Assembly: GCA_028278105.1 (NCBI GenBank)
Contig: JANQEX010000043.1
Location: forward strand, 1,055 to 65,054
Source: Alphaproteobacteria bacterium
Lineage (GTDB): Bacteria > Pseudomonadota > Alphaproteobacteria > UBA9219 > RGZA01
Direction of reading: 5' to 3'
DNA length: 64,000 bases
Of the stretch, positions 17,573 to 26,934 are shown one piece after another. Position 1 is the first letter of the stretch, and the number at the start of each line of letters is the position of its first letter. A program made the position numbers and the translations under genes. Below the pieces are notes generated by a model. That model ran no database searches. It saw only the letters and a list, made by a program, of their open reading frames with translations, and was not told the origin of the DNA.

Positions 17573-19315
17573 CTACCGCCCCGGCGCGGAAACAAGAATG
17601 GCCTTGACCTGCGGCATATAAGAAGGCTCCTCGACCTCCGGGGCCGAGGCACGGACCACGGCCGGGCGGCCATTGTCATCGTCAACAAACCCGTCGCCCG
17701 GCACCGCCACGGCGGGGATAATGCCGCCCTTCATGCCGACGCCCGCCATGGCGAACATCTGCGCGAGCGAAGCGGATCTTTCGAAGGATTCCGGCGCGGC
17801 CCAGCCACGGCCCGAAGCCGGGCTCTCCCCCGGCCTGCCGCTATCGGCGTACATTGTTGTCCCGTCGCCGTAGAATTCATGGATGACTTCCGCAATGATC
17901 CTGTCCTGTTCGGCATGCCATTCATGAAGCTTGCCGCGCACGGCAAGGCGCAATTTCTTGAATTCAGGCGATTCAAGCATGGCGATGAATTTGGGGTCTT
18001 CAAAGCGCCAGAGCCGGGCCATATTCACGCCAGCACTCAACCCTGCCCCTAAGGCTATACTTCCCCCCCCGGCAATCGAATTAAGTATATCAAGGTTCTT
18101 TTGAGCATAGGAAGCTGCCGCATTGTTTTTTGCGAAAGCCTGCCCTTTTCCTGACTCCGGCGCGTTTGAATTGTCGGCATATCTATTCATGGCCGCAGTG
18201 GCCTCGGCCAACTCGCGGTTGGAACGGCATTTTTCCTTGCTTGCCTTGTATCCAACGCTTTTACGCATATCCTCCGCATGCTGGTGTGACTTGTCGCATT
18301 GTGGCAAGGAGAAATCATCTATTAGAGCATCAACTATGTTATTAATGACTCCTGCGCAATAGGTCCTGTGCATAAGTCTTGCATAATTTTCAGTTTTACC
18401 CATGGGAGTTTTCGCGCGGTCATCCCAATTTAAAGACCCCGTGGGGGGGCACCGCCCCGCAGCCGCAGCCAAGACCGCGCTCAATTTCTTTCCGCCTTTT
18501 AGCGGAATATTCTTTCCCTTCGCAAGGCTGGGATTAATACCCCAAAGCTTCACGCTGTCTTCCCCATCACCGCCACTGCCGCTATCACCGCCTTCCAGCT
18601 TGGCTATGTCAAGCGCCTCTCCGGCATCCTCAACAAGCTTTGCCCATGCTATTGCAGTGCCATCCGCGCTTTCTTTGTGTGAATTTAATTCCTCGAAAAT
18701 TCTAGTTAAAGATTTGTGTACAGCTGCGGGGATATTCATGTTCTGCTGCGCGGCTTTCGTCATGGTGCGCGCGCGGGATTCCGCCGGGTGGTCCGTCTTG
18801 CCGCCGCCGGTTGCAACCAGAATGAGCCCCGCGGGCGATATCAGCCCATGCGTCTCGATATTGGCAAAACCACCACCGCCATCGTTGTAAGGCAGCTTGT
18901 AGGTCTTGGCCAATTCATAACTGCGCGTGCGCATCAACTCGTGACGTTCGTTGTCCTGGGCGTATTCCAGCCGCTCGCCCTTCATCTGGGCATCGGCCAT
19001 GATCTGGGAATTGGTTGAAGCGTGCCCGCGGGGTTGGTCATCTGTATTCGTGTTCAATCTCGAAACGGTAGAATCCGTATTTTCTGAAATGGTGTTCAGA
19101 AGCTTTATCATCTCTGCCTGCGATGGCAGCGTGGCTGGAGGTCCTGCCAACGGGCGACCTTTATATTTACCATGGGGATCACCGTTTCTCTCTGTATACC
19201 CTCCATGGCTCCCGGCGCGGCTTGCCAGCAACGTTTCAGGCAGGGCAAGTCCGGCAACAAGAACGATTACAACGGAAACGCGCACGTAAATACGAAGAAG
19301 GGCGGATTTTTTCAT
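17573..19315 (-). CDS. Hypothetical N-terminally membrane-anchored protein (580 aa), large secreted or periplasmic region
   Basis: MKKSALLRIYVRVSVVIVLVAGLALPETLLA signal anchor with GGGAGG RBS. A low-GC stretch lies inside (~18050..18420). No recognisable family. Confidence 0.4.
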   Translation of the reverse strand: MKKSALLRIYVRVSVVIVLVAGLALPETLLASRAGSHGGYTERNGDPHGKYKGRPLAGPPATLPSQAEMIKLLNTISENTDSTVSRLNTNTDDQPRGHASTNSQIMADAQMKGERLEYAQDNERHELMRTRSYELAKTYKLPYNDGGGGFANIETHGLISPAGLILVATGGGKTDHPAESRARTMTKAAQQNMNIPAAVHKSLTRIFEELNSHKESADGTAIAWAKLVEDAGEALDIAKLEGGDSGSGGDGEDSVKLWGINPSLAKGKNIPLKGGKKLSAVLAAAAGRCPPTGSLNWDDRAKTPMGKTENYARLMHRTYCAGVINNIVDALIDDFSLPQCDKSHQHAEDMRKSVGYKASKEKCRSNRELAEATAAMNRYADNSNAPESGKGQAFAKNNAAASYAQKNLDILNSIAGGGSIALGAGLSAGVNMARLWRFEDPKFIAMLESPEFKKLRLAVRGKLHEWHAEQDRIIAEVIHEFYGDGTTMYADSGRPGESPASGRGWAAPESFERSASLAQMFAMAGVGMKGGIIPAVAVPGDGFVDDDNGRPAVVRASAPEVEEPSYMPQVKAILVSAPGR

Positions 19316-19326
19316 GGCTGGCCTCC

Positions 19327-20298
19327 CTATCTCTGCCAGGGCATGCCGGTTGCTTCCGGCGAAACTGTTACCGAGACCGGCCATGCGATGATCGGAGCCA
19401 TACCATCCGGCCCGGACACGTTCTTATATTGAGGCGGCTTGATCCATTTATTCGATGAAGCGCTGCCGCCGCCGCATTTGAACCAGAATTCCTGCGTCTC
19501 GCATTCCTCGCCTTCGCGTTGTTGAACCTTTTTCACCTTGCTTTTGTTTTGCCCGCCCTTGTTGGGACGTGTTTTGACTGATTTCGGCCCATCCAATTGT
19601 TGCTCGTCGCGCGTTTGCGCCAGCTTCTTCATGCCCTTGGTGACTTTTTTGGCCGATTCATCACCACGGCAGTTTGCGCCATGGACCGCGCCCTTGCAGG
19701 TCCTGTCCATGTGGTTGTCTCCGTCAGAAAAACCACCCAACGCCTTCATCAATGCCCCCATCGCTCCCTGCACAGGAATATATAATTGCCTGTCGGGTTT
19801 TACGGGTCCGGCATCCGGGCGGAAAACCACCTTTTCAAAAACCGCTTTGGCACGCGGCGCATCGGTCTTCGTCCTGACCACGCAAGCCATGACCTGGCCA
19901 TCGCCAAGGCTGGCTTCAACATAAGCGGGCGCGCTGTTTCTGTTGCCGTTGAACAGGCCCTTGAATGTCGTCAGAATTTTTTCAAGTCCGGAATCATAAT
20001 CCGCAACCATGATTTCCTGGTTGCCATTGGCCGGGCTTTTTCTTGACGATCCGTCCACCCCGGTAATTTCTTTTTCCGTGCCACCATCCGCGTCCTTCCT
20101 TGAGGGATAGGCCGCGAACATTTTCGCGGCAAAATTCACCTCTTTCTTATAGGCTTCCTTAAATGCGCTATTGATGGCTTGGGACTCCTCACTATCTATG
20201 CCGGGGCCCCCAGCAAAAAGCGGGGGAGGAGTAAAGGCGGCGATGCAAAAAAAAGCGGCAAAAAGGGCCAGGAAGGCGAAAGACGGTTCCTTCTTCAT
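19327..20298 (-). CDS. Hypothetical secreted protein with Lys-rich C-terminal region
   Basis: MKKEPSFAFLALFAAFFCIAAFTPPPLFA signal peptide. The whole gene sits in a low-GC segment. Confidence 0.4.
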   Translation of the reverse strand: MKKEPSFAFLALFAAFFCIAAFTPPPLFAGGPGIDSEESQAINSAFKEAYKKEVNFAAKMFAAYPSRKDADGGTEKEITGVDGSSRKSPANGNQEIMVADYDSGLEKILTTFKGLFNGNRNSAPAYVEASLGDGQVMACVVRTKTDAPRAKAVFEKVVFRPDAGPVKPDRQLYIPVQGAMGALMKALGGFSDGDNHMDRTCKGAVHGANCRGDESAKKVTKGMKKLAQTRDEQQLDGPKSVKTRPNKGGQNKSKVKKVQQREGEECETQEFWFKCGGGSASSNKWIKPPQYKNVSGPDGMAPIIAWPVSVTVSPEATGMPWQR

Positions 20299-20499
20299 GA
20301 AAACCCCCTGCAATTTTAATAAATCTCGATGAATTTGCTACCAAACCGTTAACAACCGCTTAATTTACTTGCAAGGATTCAAGGCTTTCTGGCGGGGGTT
20401 ATCCACGGGAAAAAATGGGTGAAAGCAGTGACAAGGAAAAAAACCGGTAAACCCGGCTTTCACCTTCCCGCCTTCTGATTTCCGGCCTCTGACTTCTGA

Positions 20500-22011
20500 T
20501 TACTGAACCGGGAAGTCCTGCCGGATGGGAGGCAGCATGGCGCCGGGGGAGGCATGGGCGGGAGCGGGGCCGGAAGGCGGCGCGGCATCCTTTGCTTCGG
20601 ATTCCGGACCGGATTCGGTCAGCCGCGCCGCGACGCTTTCCGCCCGCATGTTGGGCTGATGCTTCCGCTTCCTCGCCCGCGCTTCCAGCGCGCGGGGCAG
20701 TTTCTCCGACGCCGCTTCCAGCGCGCGCGTCAGCCTGCGGATTTCCTCCATCAACTCGCGCGTGGTGTTTTCGGAAATTTCTCCCTCTCCCACCGGCCTG
20801 TCGCCGCGGCGCGGCACAATATCATAATCATCTTCCTTCGCGGCCAGCGCAGCGGCATGCAAAATCTTGTTGTGCTCCGCGATGCGCGCGTCAATGCGCT
20901 CCTCAAGCTCCAAACCAAAAAGCTCCAGCTCCGGGGGCGTTCTTTCGCCTTTCGTGCCCAATTGGGCCCTGCGGTCACGAATATTCATCCCGACATTGCG
21001 CTGCCAGCGGCTGAGGCAATAGCCCTTGGGCGGCCGCTCCATGCCATGCCCGTGCGTGAATACGTTCAAAAGCTCCTCGTAAGACCCGGCGTTGTTTTTT
21101 CCACAGTCTTTCAAAATCTTGTCCGAGGGACACATGTGCCAGCTAAGCGCGATGAGGATCGGGTTGATTTTGGCTAGCATGCCCGTCATGGCGCTTAGAA
21201 TACCCGTGTCGTCCCTGATGCCGCCGGCCGTATCCAGCTTTCTTCCGGCGGGGCGGGGCTCATGCAACTCCATCCTCAGGCGTATGTGCAAAAGCGCCAC
21301 CATCATCTTGCGCATGTGCGGGTCGGAAATCTTGTATTCGTCCTTGGTAAGAAAATTGTGCAGTTCGACCTTGATTTTTTCGGGATCATACGGGAGGCAC
21401 CAGGTATCCAGAATCGCGCGCGTGAGCGATACATCGGCGCCTTCAACATCGTTCCATGGCTGGTTTGGATTTGTCTTTATCTCAACATCACAGCCGTCGC
21501 GCTTGCCCATGGCGCCCAGATTGCACAGGGCCTTTCGTATTTTCCGCGCGCCAATCGCGGTTCCCGAATCGGGGGATGAAAACAGCCCGACGGCGAAGAA
21601 GTGCGCCACCTGATTCCGGAACTTCTTTTCCAAGGCGTCGCGCGCCACATCGTCCCGGCCCCAGGTTGCGAGCGCGCAGGCGTAATTCGATCCCGGCCCA
21701 AGTTTGGCGCGAAGCGCCGCCGCCGCAGCCTTGCGTTCCGCCTCGTCGATGGCGTCAATGGTGGCGCTTGTGCTTCTTTCCATCATCCCGGCAAGGGTTT
21801 TCATTCCGCTGACCGTGGCGGCCGTGTTCGAATTGATGCCCTGAAACAACTGGTTTACGGCGCCGATCAGGCTGCCGAAGATGCTGTTCAACGTTCCCAG
21901 CAACGCGCCCACGGCATTGTCGGCCCGCGCCGGCGCCGGCATGGCGCAGGCCAGAAACACGCCCAGAACCACCGCCGCCACGCTTCCCGGACCATTCGTG
22001 CGAAACATCAT
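20500..22011 (-). CDS. Hypothetical secreted protein (503 aa)
   Basis: Signal peptide MMFRTNGPGSVAAVVLGVFLACAMPAPARA. Several conserved-looking Cys residues. No family recognised. Confidence 0.4.
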   Translation of the reverse strand: MMFRTNGPGSVAAVVLGVFLACAMPAPARADNAVGALLGTLNSIFGSLIGAVNQLFQGINSNTAATVSGMKTLAGMMERSTSATIDAIDEAERKAAAAALRAKLGPGSNYACALATWGRDDVARDALEKKFRNQVAHFFAVGLFSSPDSGTAIGARKIRKALCNLGAMGKRDGCDVEIKTNPNQPWNDVEGADVSLTRAILDTWCLPYDPEKIKVELHNFLTKDEYKISDPHMRKMMVALLHIRLRMELHEPRPAGRKLDTAGGIRDDTGILSAMTGMLAKINPILIALSWHMCPSDKILKDCGKNNAGSYEELLNVFTHGHGMERPPKGYCLSRWQRNVGMNIRDRRAQLGTKGERTPPELELFGLELEERIDARIAEHNKILHAAALAAKEDDYDIVPRRGDRPVGEGEISENTTRELMEEIRRLTRALEAASEKLPRALEARARKRKHQPNMRAESVAARLTESGPESEAKDAAPPSGPAPAHASPGAMLPPIRQDFPVQ

Positions 22012-22020
22012 GCCCGGCTC

Positions 22021-22557
22021 CTACGGTATGCCCGGAGTGGAAAAATAATCGCCCGCGCCACCGGTATAGGGCGTTCCATAAGAAGGCGTCACCGTGATGA
22101 GCTGCATTCCCTCGCAATAGCTGCTCTTGGTGGACAGGTTGAAGTCAAAACTCGGCATCGTGAAATTGGGAATGCAAATCTCGCTGGCCGCGTTTTGCAG
22201 CGGCTGCAGCGCCGCCTGGCACACCTGGCCCAAAACCTTGTTAATCGCGCTCTGGATCAGATTGTATAGCCCGGATGAAAACATGTTTCCGATGGAGTCA
22301 AAATTGCCCATGAGCGACGGGATGCAATAGAGCGAGGAAAAGTCGAACGGCTTGTTCCAGTTCCTCCCGAAAATGTTCATCGTTCGGACGGCGGCGTTGT
22401 GCCGAATGTCATTCATGTGCTTGAGGTCGTGATCATCGCAATAAAAATCGTCGCCGGAAGTGGTTAATCCACCCGCCGCCATGGATGGCACAAACATGGC
22501 AAGCGCCAAAACAAACATCCACGCGGCAGGGCCAAGGCATCGCCGGAAATCTGTCAT
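22021..22557 (-). CDS. Hypothetical secreted Cys-containing protein (178 aa)
   Basis: Signal peptide ...AWMFVLALAMFVPSMAAGG. Cys-rich mature region. Confidence 0.4.
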   Translation of the reverse strand: MTDFRRCLGPAAWMFVLALAMFVPSMAAGGLTTSGDDFYCDDHDLKHMNDIRHNAAVRTMNIFGRNWNKPFDFSSLYCIPSLMGNFDSIGNMFSSGLYNLIQSAINKVLGQVCQAALQPLQNAASEICIPNFTMPSFDFNLSTKSSYCEGMQLITVTPSYGTPYTGGAGDYFSTPGIP

Positions 22558-22699
22558 AAGGCCAGTCCTTCTCTATCTCCCGATACGGTTTCCACAGCTA
22601 CCAAACCCGCTTTAACGAAGGCTTAACGCGCGTTAACCACGCCTCGCCGCGTTGCTTTTAAAGCCCCTCCCTCTGGAAGAGGTAATTGGGGGGCATGGG

Positions 22700-22768
22700 G
22701 GGTCGCAAGGGTCATGAGGGTCTTCTTTTGTTGACCCTGATGACCCTTCCGGCCCTCTCGACCCTTAC
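22700..22768. repeat. REP-like hairpin of the GGGTCATGAGGGTC family
   Basis: aagggtcatgagggtcttcttttgttgaccctgatgacccttccggccctctcgaccc. Relatives at 49036..49105, 60085..60180 and 60243..60310. Confidence 0.6.
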
Positions 22769-25200
22769 TCCGCCTCGCCGCTCTTTTCGCCGAACAGCGC
22801 CTGGGAAAGATGCCTGGCGCCTTTTTGCAACTCGGCCACCGCTTCGGGCGGCAGGTCTTTCAGCGCCGCGGCCTCATGCGGAAGCACCGTCACATCCTGC
22901 GGCTTGATCGAGGCGATGTCTTCCGGCCCCACGCCCATCTTGTTCAGGCGGCTGGTCGCCCGCGGGCGGTAATCGAAGGGATCGGTGAAAATGCTTCCCT
23001 CATCCATTTCCTCTTCCGGCAGAGGCTCTTCTTCCGGCAGGACGGCAGCAGCCTCTTCCTCCCCTTGCGGAACGCGCGGCGGAGCCGCCGCCTGCGGCGC
23101 CTCGGCCGCGAACGCCTCTTCCTCCTCGCTCATCGTCACCGAACCGCCGGATGCCATGCCCTGCCCTTCCTCGCGCGCCTTTTCGGCCAGGTCCGAGATG
23201 CCGGCCAGCGCGGCGACGCCCGCCCGCAAGGGATCCAGCTTCGCCCCCAATGCCGCCTCGAAACCCTTGGCAAGCTGCACCACTTCCGGCGCGGGCACGG
23301 TGGGCGAGCCCGCGCGCGCCGCCGACCAGTCGCCGTCCTCCAGCTTGCGGGCCAGACCCTCGATGGCGCGCTCGCGCGCGGCGGTGGCGGTGGTGGACGG
23401 CGGCACGGGCAACAGCTTTTGCACGCGCAGCGCCTGGACCCGCTTCGGCGCGGCGTGATAGAGCTGCGCCATCACCAGGAATTCGTGGAAAAGCATGTGC
23501 ACCTGGCCCTCGCGCTGCCGGCGCAGGTGGTCGTAGCTGGCGCGGGAGCGAAGGGTCACGCCCCCGGTGGCACGGTTGTCGATATAGGGCGTGTTCAGGA
23601 AAAAGCTGGACAGCAGGCTGGTCGGCGCGTTGAAGCCCTGCGTCTCGTAAACCCAGGACGTGCCCACATGGTCCTCGAAGAATTTCTTGGATTCAATCGG
23701 GTCTTCCAGCTTGCCGAAAATTTTCAGGTTGCAGTTGCCGAGGATGGACTGCGCCTCCTGCTTCACGCGCTTTTCCATGGCGGGCAGGTCCTGCGCGGCG
23801 AACACCAGCGAGAAACCCAGGGAGCGCGCCTGCGCCGCCATCACCGCCATGCCCTGCGCGGTATAGTAGCCGACTTCATCGAACACCGTCATATAGGGCG
23901 AGGGCGCGCGGGTGGCCTTGCTTTCAATCGCGTCCTCCCAGGCGCCTTCCACGGTCGCGCCCAGCGTGGCGCCCATCATGCCTTTCAGCGAGGCGGCGAT
24001 GATCTTGCCGAGGTTGGCCGCCTCGTCGCCCGATTTTTCCAGCGATGGAATAAGGCCGATCAGGATGCGCCGTTGCAGCACCACGTCGATCACATCCACG
24101 TCGGCAAGCTGCGCGCGAAAAATATAGCCGTATTCGTCGCCGAGAGACTGCATGGCGCGGGTAAACTGCATGGACAGATAGCCGTGCTGCTGGCGCGCGA
24201 TTTGCAGGTCGTACATGGGCGCGTCGGGGCTGGGCGGCTTTTCGTTGCCGTCGTCGTCAAAGGCTTCGTCCACATAGCCGGGAAGCGTGGCGAGATAGCC
24301 CTGCAGGCCGCGGATGATGCGCTCCGGCAAGGTGGAATCGCGCGACAGGCGCACGATGGGCTTCAGCTCGATATTGTCGCGCACCACGCTGATATCCAGA
24401 AGCTTGCCCTGCTTGTCGCGCTGGAAGGTCAGGGCCGGCATCAAGGCGAACATCAGGGCCACGGCGCGTTCTTTCCACATGGCGTTGTCGCCGCCGGCGT
24501 CGGGCATCAGGCTGACCAGCATGTTGGACAGGAACGAGGCCGAGCCCGTGGCAAAAGGGTTCATGGTATTGGACAGCGAGCCGTCGTCGCTGTTGCCGGT
24601 CATGTAGTTCAGTACCAGCAAATCGTCGTCGCGCCCGAAGCGCCGCGCCAGCGAATAGAGGTTGGCCCAGAGGTCGGTATCCGCCTTGCCATCGACATAC
24701 ACGAAGCCCGATCCCCAGATCAGCGAGTTGGACACAATCGACTTCAGCCCTTCGGTCTTGCCGGTGCCGGTGGTGCCCAGAAACAGGATATGGGTGCGGG
24801 CGTCGGAATTGGTCAGCCACAGCTCCTTGTTCGTTTTCGGATCGCGCTCGTTGCCAAGGAAAAGAATGCCTTCCGCCTTGCCCGCCACGCCGTCCTTGCC
24901 GGGAATGGGGTTCTGCGGGTCCTTCATCTCCGAAAAAGCGGGAAGCTTGAAGGGAAGCTTGAACGCCCTTTTATTGAACCACGTCATGTAAATTCCGGCG
25001 CAAACGGCAATCACATCCACCCAGGCCAGAAGAAAATGCGCGCCCGTCATGGGCAGGAATATCAGCGCCAGGGCCATAAAGAAAAAAGCATTGGCGATGG
25101 TGTTCGGCGCGCCCATGGCTTCCGCCATGCGCTGGCCGGCCGGCCGCACATCGCGGAACTTGCTGTTGAACGGCATTGCAAATTTTTCATGAATCGCCAT
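22765..25200 (-). CDS. dotL: Type IV coupling protein DotL/IcmO (TrbC of I-type systems; VirD4 family)
   Basis: 811 aa. N-terminal TM segments and Walker A LFLGTTGTGKTE. Acidic C-terminal tail. Confidence 0.75.
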   Translation of the reverse strand: MAIHEKFAMPFNSKFRDVRPAGQRMAEAMGAPNTIANAFFFMALALIFLPMTGAHFLLAWVDVIAVCAGIYMTWFNKRAFKLPFKLPAFSEMKDPQNPIPGKDGVAGKAEGILFLGNERDPKTNKELWLTNSDARTHILFLGTTGTGKTEGLKSIVSNSLIWGSGFVYVDGKADTDLWANLYSLARRFGRDDDLLVLNYMTGNSDDGSLSNTMNPFATGSASFLSNMLVSLMPDAGGDNAMWKERAVALMFALMPALTFQRDKQGKLLDISVVRDNIELKPIVRLSRDSTLPERIIRGLQGYLATLPGYVDEAFDDDGNEKPPSPDAPMYDLQIARQQHGYLSMQFTRAMQSLGDEYGYIFRAQLADVDVIDVVLQRRILIGLIPSLEKSGDEAANLGKIIAASLKGMMGATLGATVEGAWEDAIESKATRAPSPYMTVFDEVGYYTAQGMAVMAAQARSLGFSLVFAAQDLPAMEKRVKQEAQSILGNCNLKIFGKLEDPIESKKFFEDHVGTSWVYETQGFNAPTSLLSSFFLNTPYIDNRATGGVTLRSRASYDHLRRQREGQVHMLFHEFLVMAQLYHAAPKRVQALRVQKLLPVPPSTTATAARERAIEGLARKLEDGDWSAARAGSPTVPAPEVVQLAKGFEAALGAKLDPLRAGVAALAGISDLAEKAREEGQGMASGGSVTMSEEEEAFAAEAPQAAAPPRVPQGEEEAAAVLPEEEPLPEEEMDEGSIFTDPFDYRPRATSRLNKMGVGPEDIASIKPQDVTVLPHEAAALKDLPPEAVAELQKGARHLSQALFGEKSGEAE

Positions 25201-25231
25201 GGCAGAGGCCTTTATTCAGTTCAAAATCCCG

Positions 25232-25681
25232 TCATTTTCCACCAAATCTCAAATCCGCGTCGCCCGGCACACCGCCTTGCAGGACAGCGGGCGAAGGTAC
25301 GGAGACCCGCGGCGCGGGCGCGGTCAGCGCGTTGATGAGCGACAGAACAAGCACCAACGCAAGCAAGCCTCCCGCAACGACGCCAAGCCCCATAAAAATC
25401 CCGCGCAGGCTCCAGGCGCAACATCCCGTCAGGCCGCGGCGGACCGCCGCCAGCGCCTGATCGGCGGCGGCGCGGTCGGCAAACAGCGCAATCGTGACAA
25501 AGTGTCCTTCCGCGTCGCAATACCCCAGTGCCGACCCCTGATCGCCGGAGCGCACCTGAAAATAGGCCAGCCGCACTCCGTTCAGGTCCAGCCGCGCCAC
25601 GCCCGGCAGCTTGGCCGCCGAGAGATCCAGCGTCAGCGCGCCGCACCGAAAGCGGCCTCCATGTTTTGAAAAGATGGTCAT
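25232..25681 (-). CDS. Small hypothetical protein with C-terminal TM, translationally coupled to dotM
   Basis: MTIFSKHGGRFRCGALTLDL...GIFMGLGVVAGGLLALVLVLSLINAL. Its ATG overlaps the dotM TGA (ATGA). The ORF track shows it only as part of an over-long 25232..25900 frame. Confidence 0.45.
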   Translation of the reverse strand: MTIFSKHGGRFRCGALTLDLSAAKLPGVARLDLNGVRLAYFQVRSGDQGSALGYCDAEGHFVTIALFADRAAADQALAAVRRGLTGCCAWSLRGIFMGLGVVAGGLLALVLVLSLINALTAPAPRVSVPSPAVLQGGVPGDADLRFGGK

Positions 25682-26916
25682 GCCCTGCGCTCCTTGCGGC
25701 CGGTTTTGGGTTCCTCGCGCGGCGGCACGTCCGGCACGCCGCGTTCGCTCCCCCAGTATTGCGTCATGGCGACCACCGCCGTTTCCAGGCGCGGCACCGG
25801 AAGGGCCTTGCCGGCGGCTTTTTCCGCCATGTAATGCGCCATGGCGCCCGCCGCTTCGGGGTGATAGGTGCGGCGGCCCAGATTGTTCAGCGGATACCAC
25901 AGGGCGCGGTCATGCGCGCGCAGCCAGAGAAACGCGGCCGAGGCGCACACGCCGCCGCGCTCGCGCGCCCATCTCAGGCAACCCAGCATGGCGGTGGTGC
26001 GAAAGGCATGGCGGTTGGCGATCCGCAGCAGCGGCCCGCCCATTTTTTCATCGTTCAGGATTTTGTTGACCTCGCCCATCAGCAGGGAGGAAGGGCTAAA
26101 ACCGGTTTTGTGATTCCAGTTGAGGGCGACGCGGCCCAGGAGCGCGTCGCCTTCCCTTCTTTTCTGCGCGCCCTTCATGGCGAAGGCCGCCATCAGGCAG
26201 CGCTGCGCGGGCGTCAGGCCGTCGAGTCCCGTCCAGCGCGGCCCCAACTGAAGCTGAAAGGCGCGGCGCAGGCCATCGCGGTCGGGAGCCTTGTTGACGA
26301 TGCCGATCTGGTGCCAGGCCACCCATTCTTCCGGCGAGAGGGATTCCGCGAACACCGGCAACTGGTCGGGAACCGGGTCGCCGGGATTGCGCGCGCTGAT
26401 GGACGACGGGTTGAAATCGACAATCGGCGTCACGACGGGCCATTGCCTGGATTGTGCGCGGATCAGCCCTTCCAGGTCGTACCCCGTGCGGAACCTGTTT
26501 TTCTTCGAGAAGAACCCGTAAAAAACACCCGCACCCAGCAAGAACAGGATCACCGGATAACGCGTGTATTCGCCCACCCGGTTCGAAACCGCCCACAACA
26601 CTTCCGGCGCCAGCAGGCCTCCTTCCATCCATGTTTCCAGCGGGATCTTGCGCCGGGCTTCGGAAGCCTGGTCCTTGAGCATGCGGACCGTGTTCTGGTC
26701 ATTCTTCAACGCGAACAGCGTCTCGCGCTCCGCGGCCAGGGAAGGATCGACCAGTTGGAACACCAGCGCCTCGCCGCCCTTGACCCAGCGGATGGCTTCC
26801 ATGACCGGCTGCTTGAAAACGGCCCACATGCCCCACATGAGCACGAAGAAAATGAGGACGAGCATCGCCAGCGTCAACTCGACATCGTCGCCCTTACCGC
26901 CGCCGCCTGCCGCCAT
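25678..26916 (-). CDS. dotM: DotM/IcmP-like (TrbA-like) T4BSS inner-membrane protein
   Basis: 412 aa. Two N-terminal TM helices then a cytoplasmic domain. Located between icmB and dotL as in Dot/Icm loci. Confidence 0.5.
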   Translation of the reverse strand: MAAGGGGKGDDVELTLAMLVLIFFVLMWGMWAVFKQPVMEAIRWVKGGEALVFQLVDPSLAAERETLFALKNDQNTVRMLKDQASEARRKIPLETWMEGGLLAPEVLWAVSNRVGEYTRYPVILFLLGAGVFYGFFSKKNRFRTGYDLEGLIRAQSRQWPVVTPIVDFNPSSISARNPGDPVPDQLPVFAESLSPEEWVAWHQIGIVNKAPDRDGLRRAFQLQLGPRWTGLDGLTPAQRCLMAAFAMKGAQKRREGDALLGRVALNWNHKTGFSPSSLLMGEVNKILNDEKMGGPLLRIANRHAFRTTAMLGCLRWARERGGVCASAAFLWLRAHDRALWYPLNNLGRRTYHPEAAGAMAHYMAEKAAGKALPVPRLETAVVAMTQYWGSERGVPDVPPREEPKTGRKERRA

Positions 26917-26934
26917 GATCTTCCTCCGTTCCGG

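Noticed and set aside
20554-21177. Plus-strand ORFs (207, 173 and 222 aa) within 20500..22270
   Set aside because: All are antisense to the 503-aa secreted-protein gene, which has a clean signal peptide and continuous frame. None has an independent start context.
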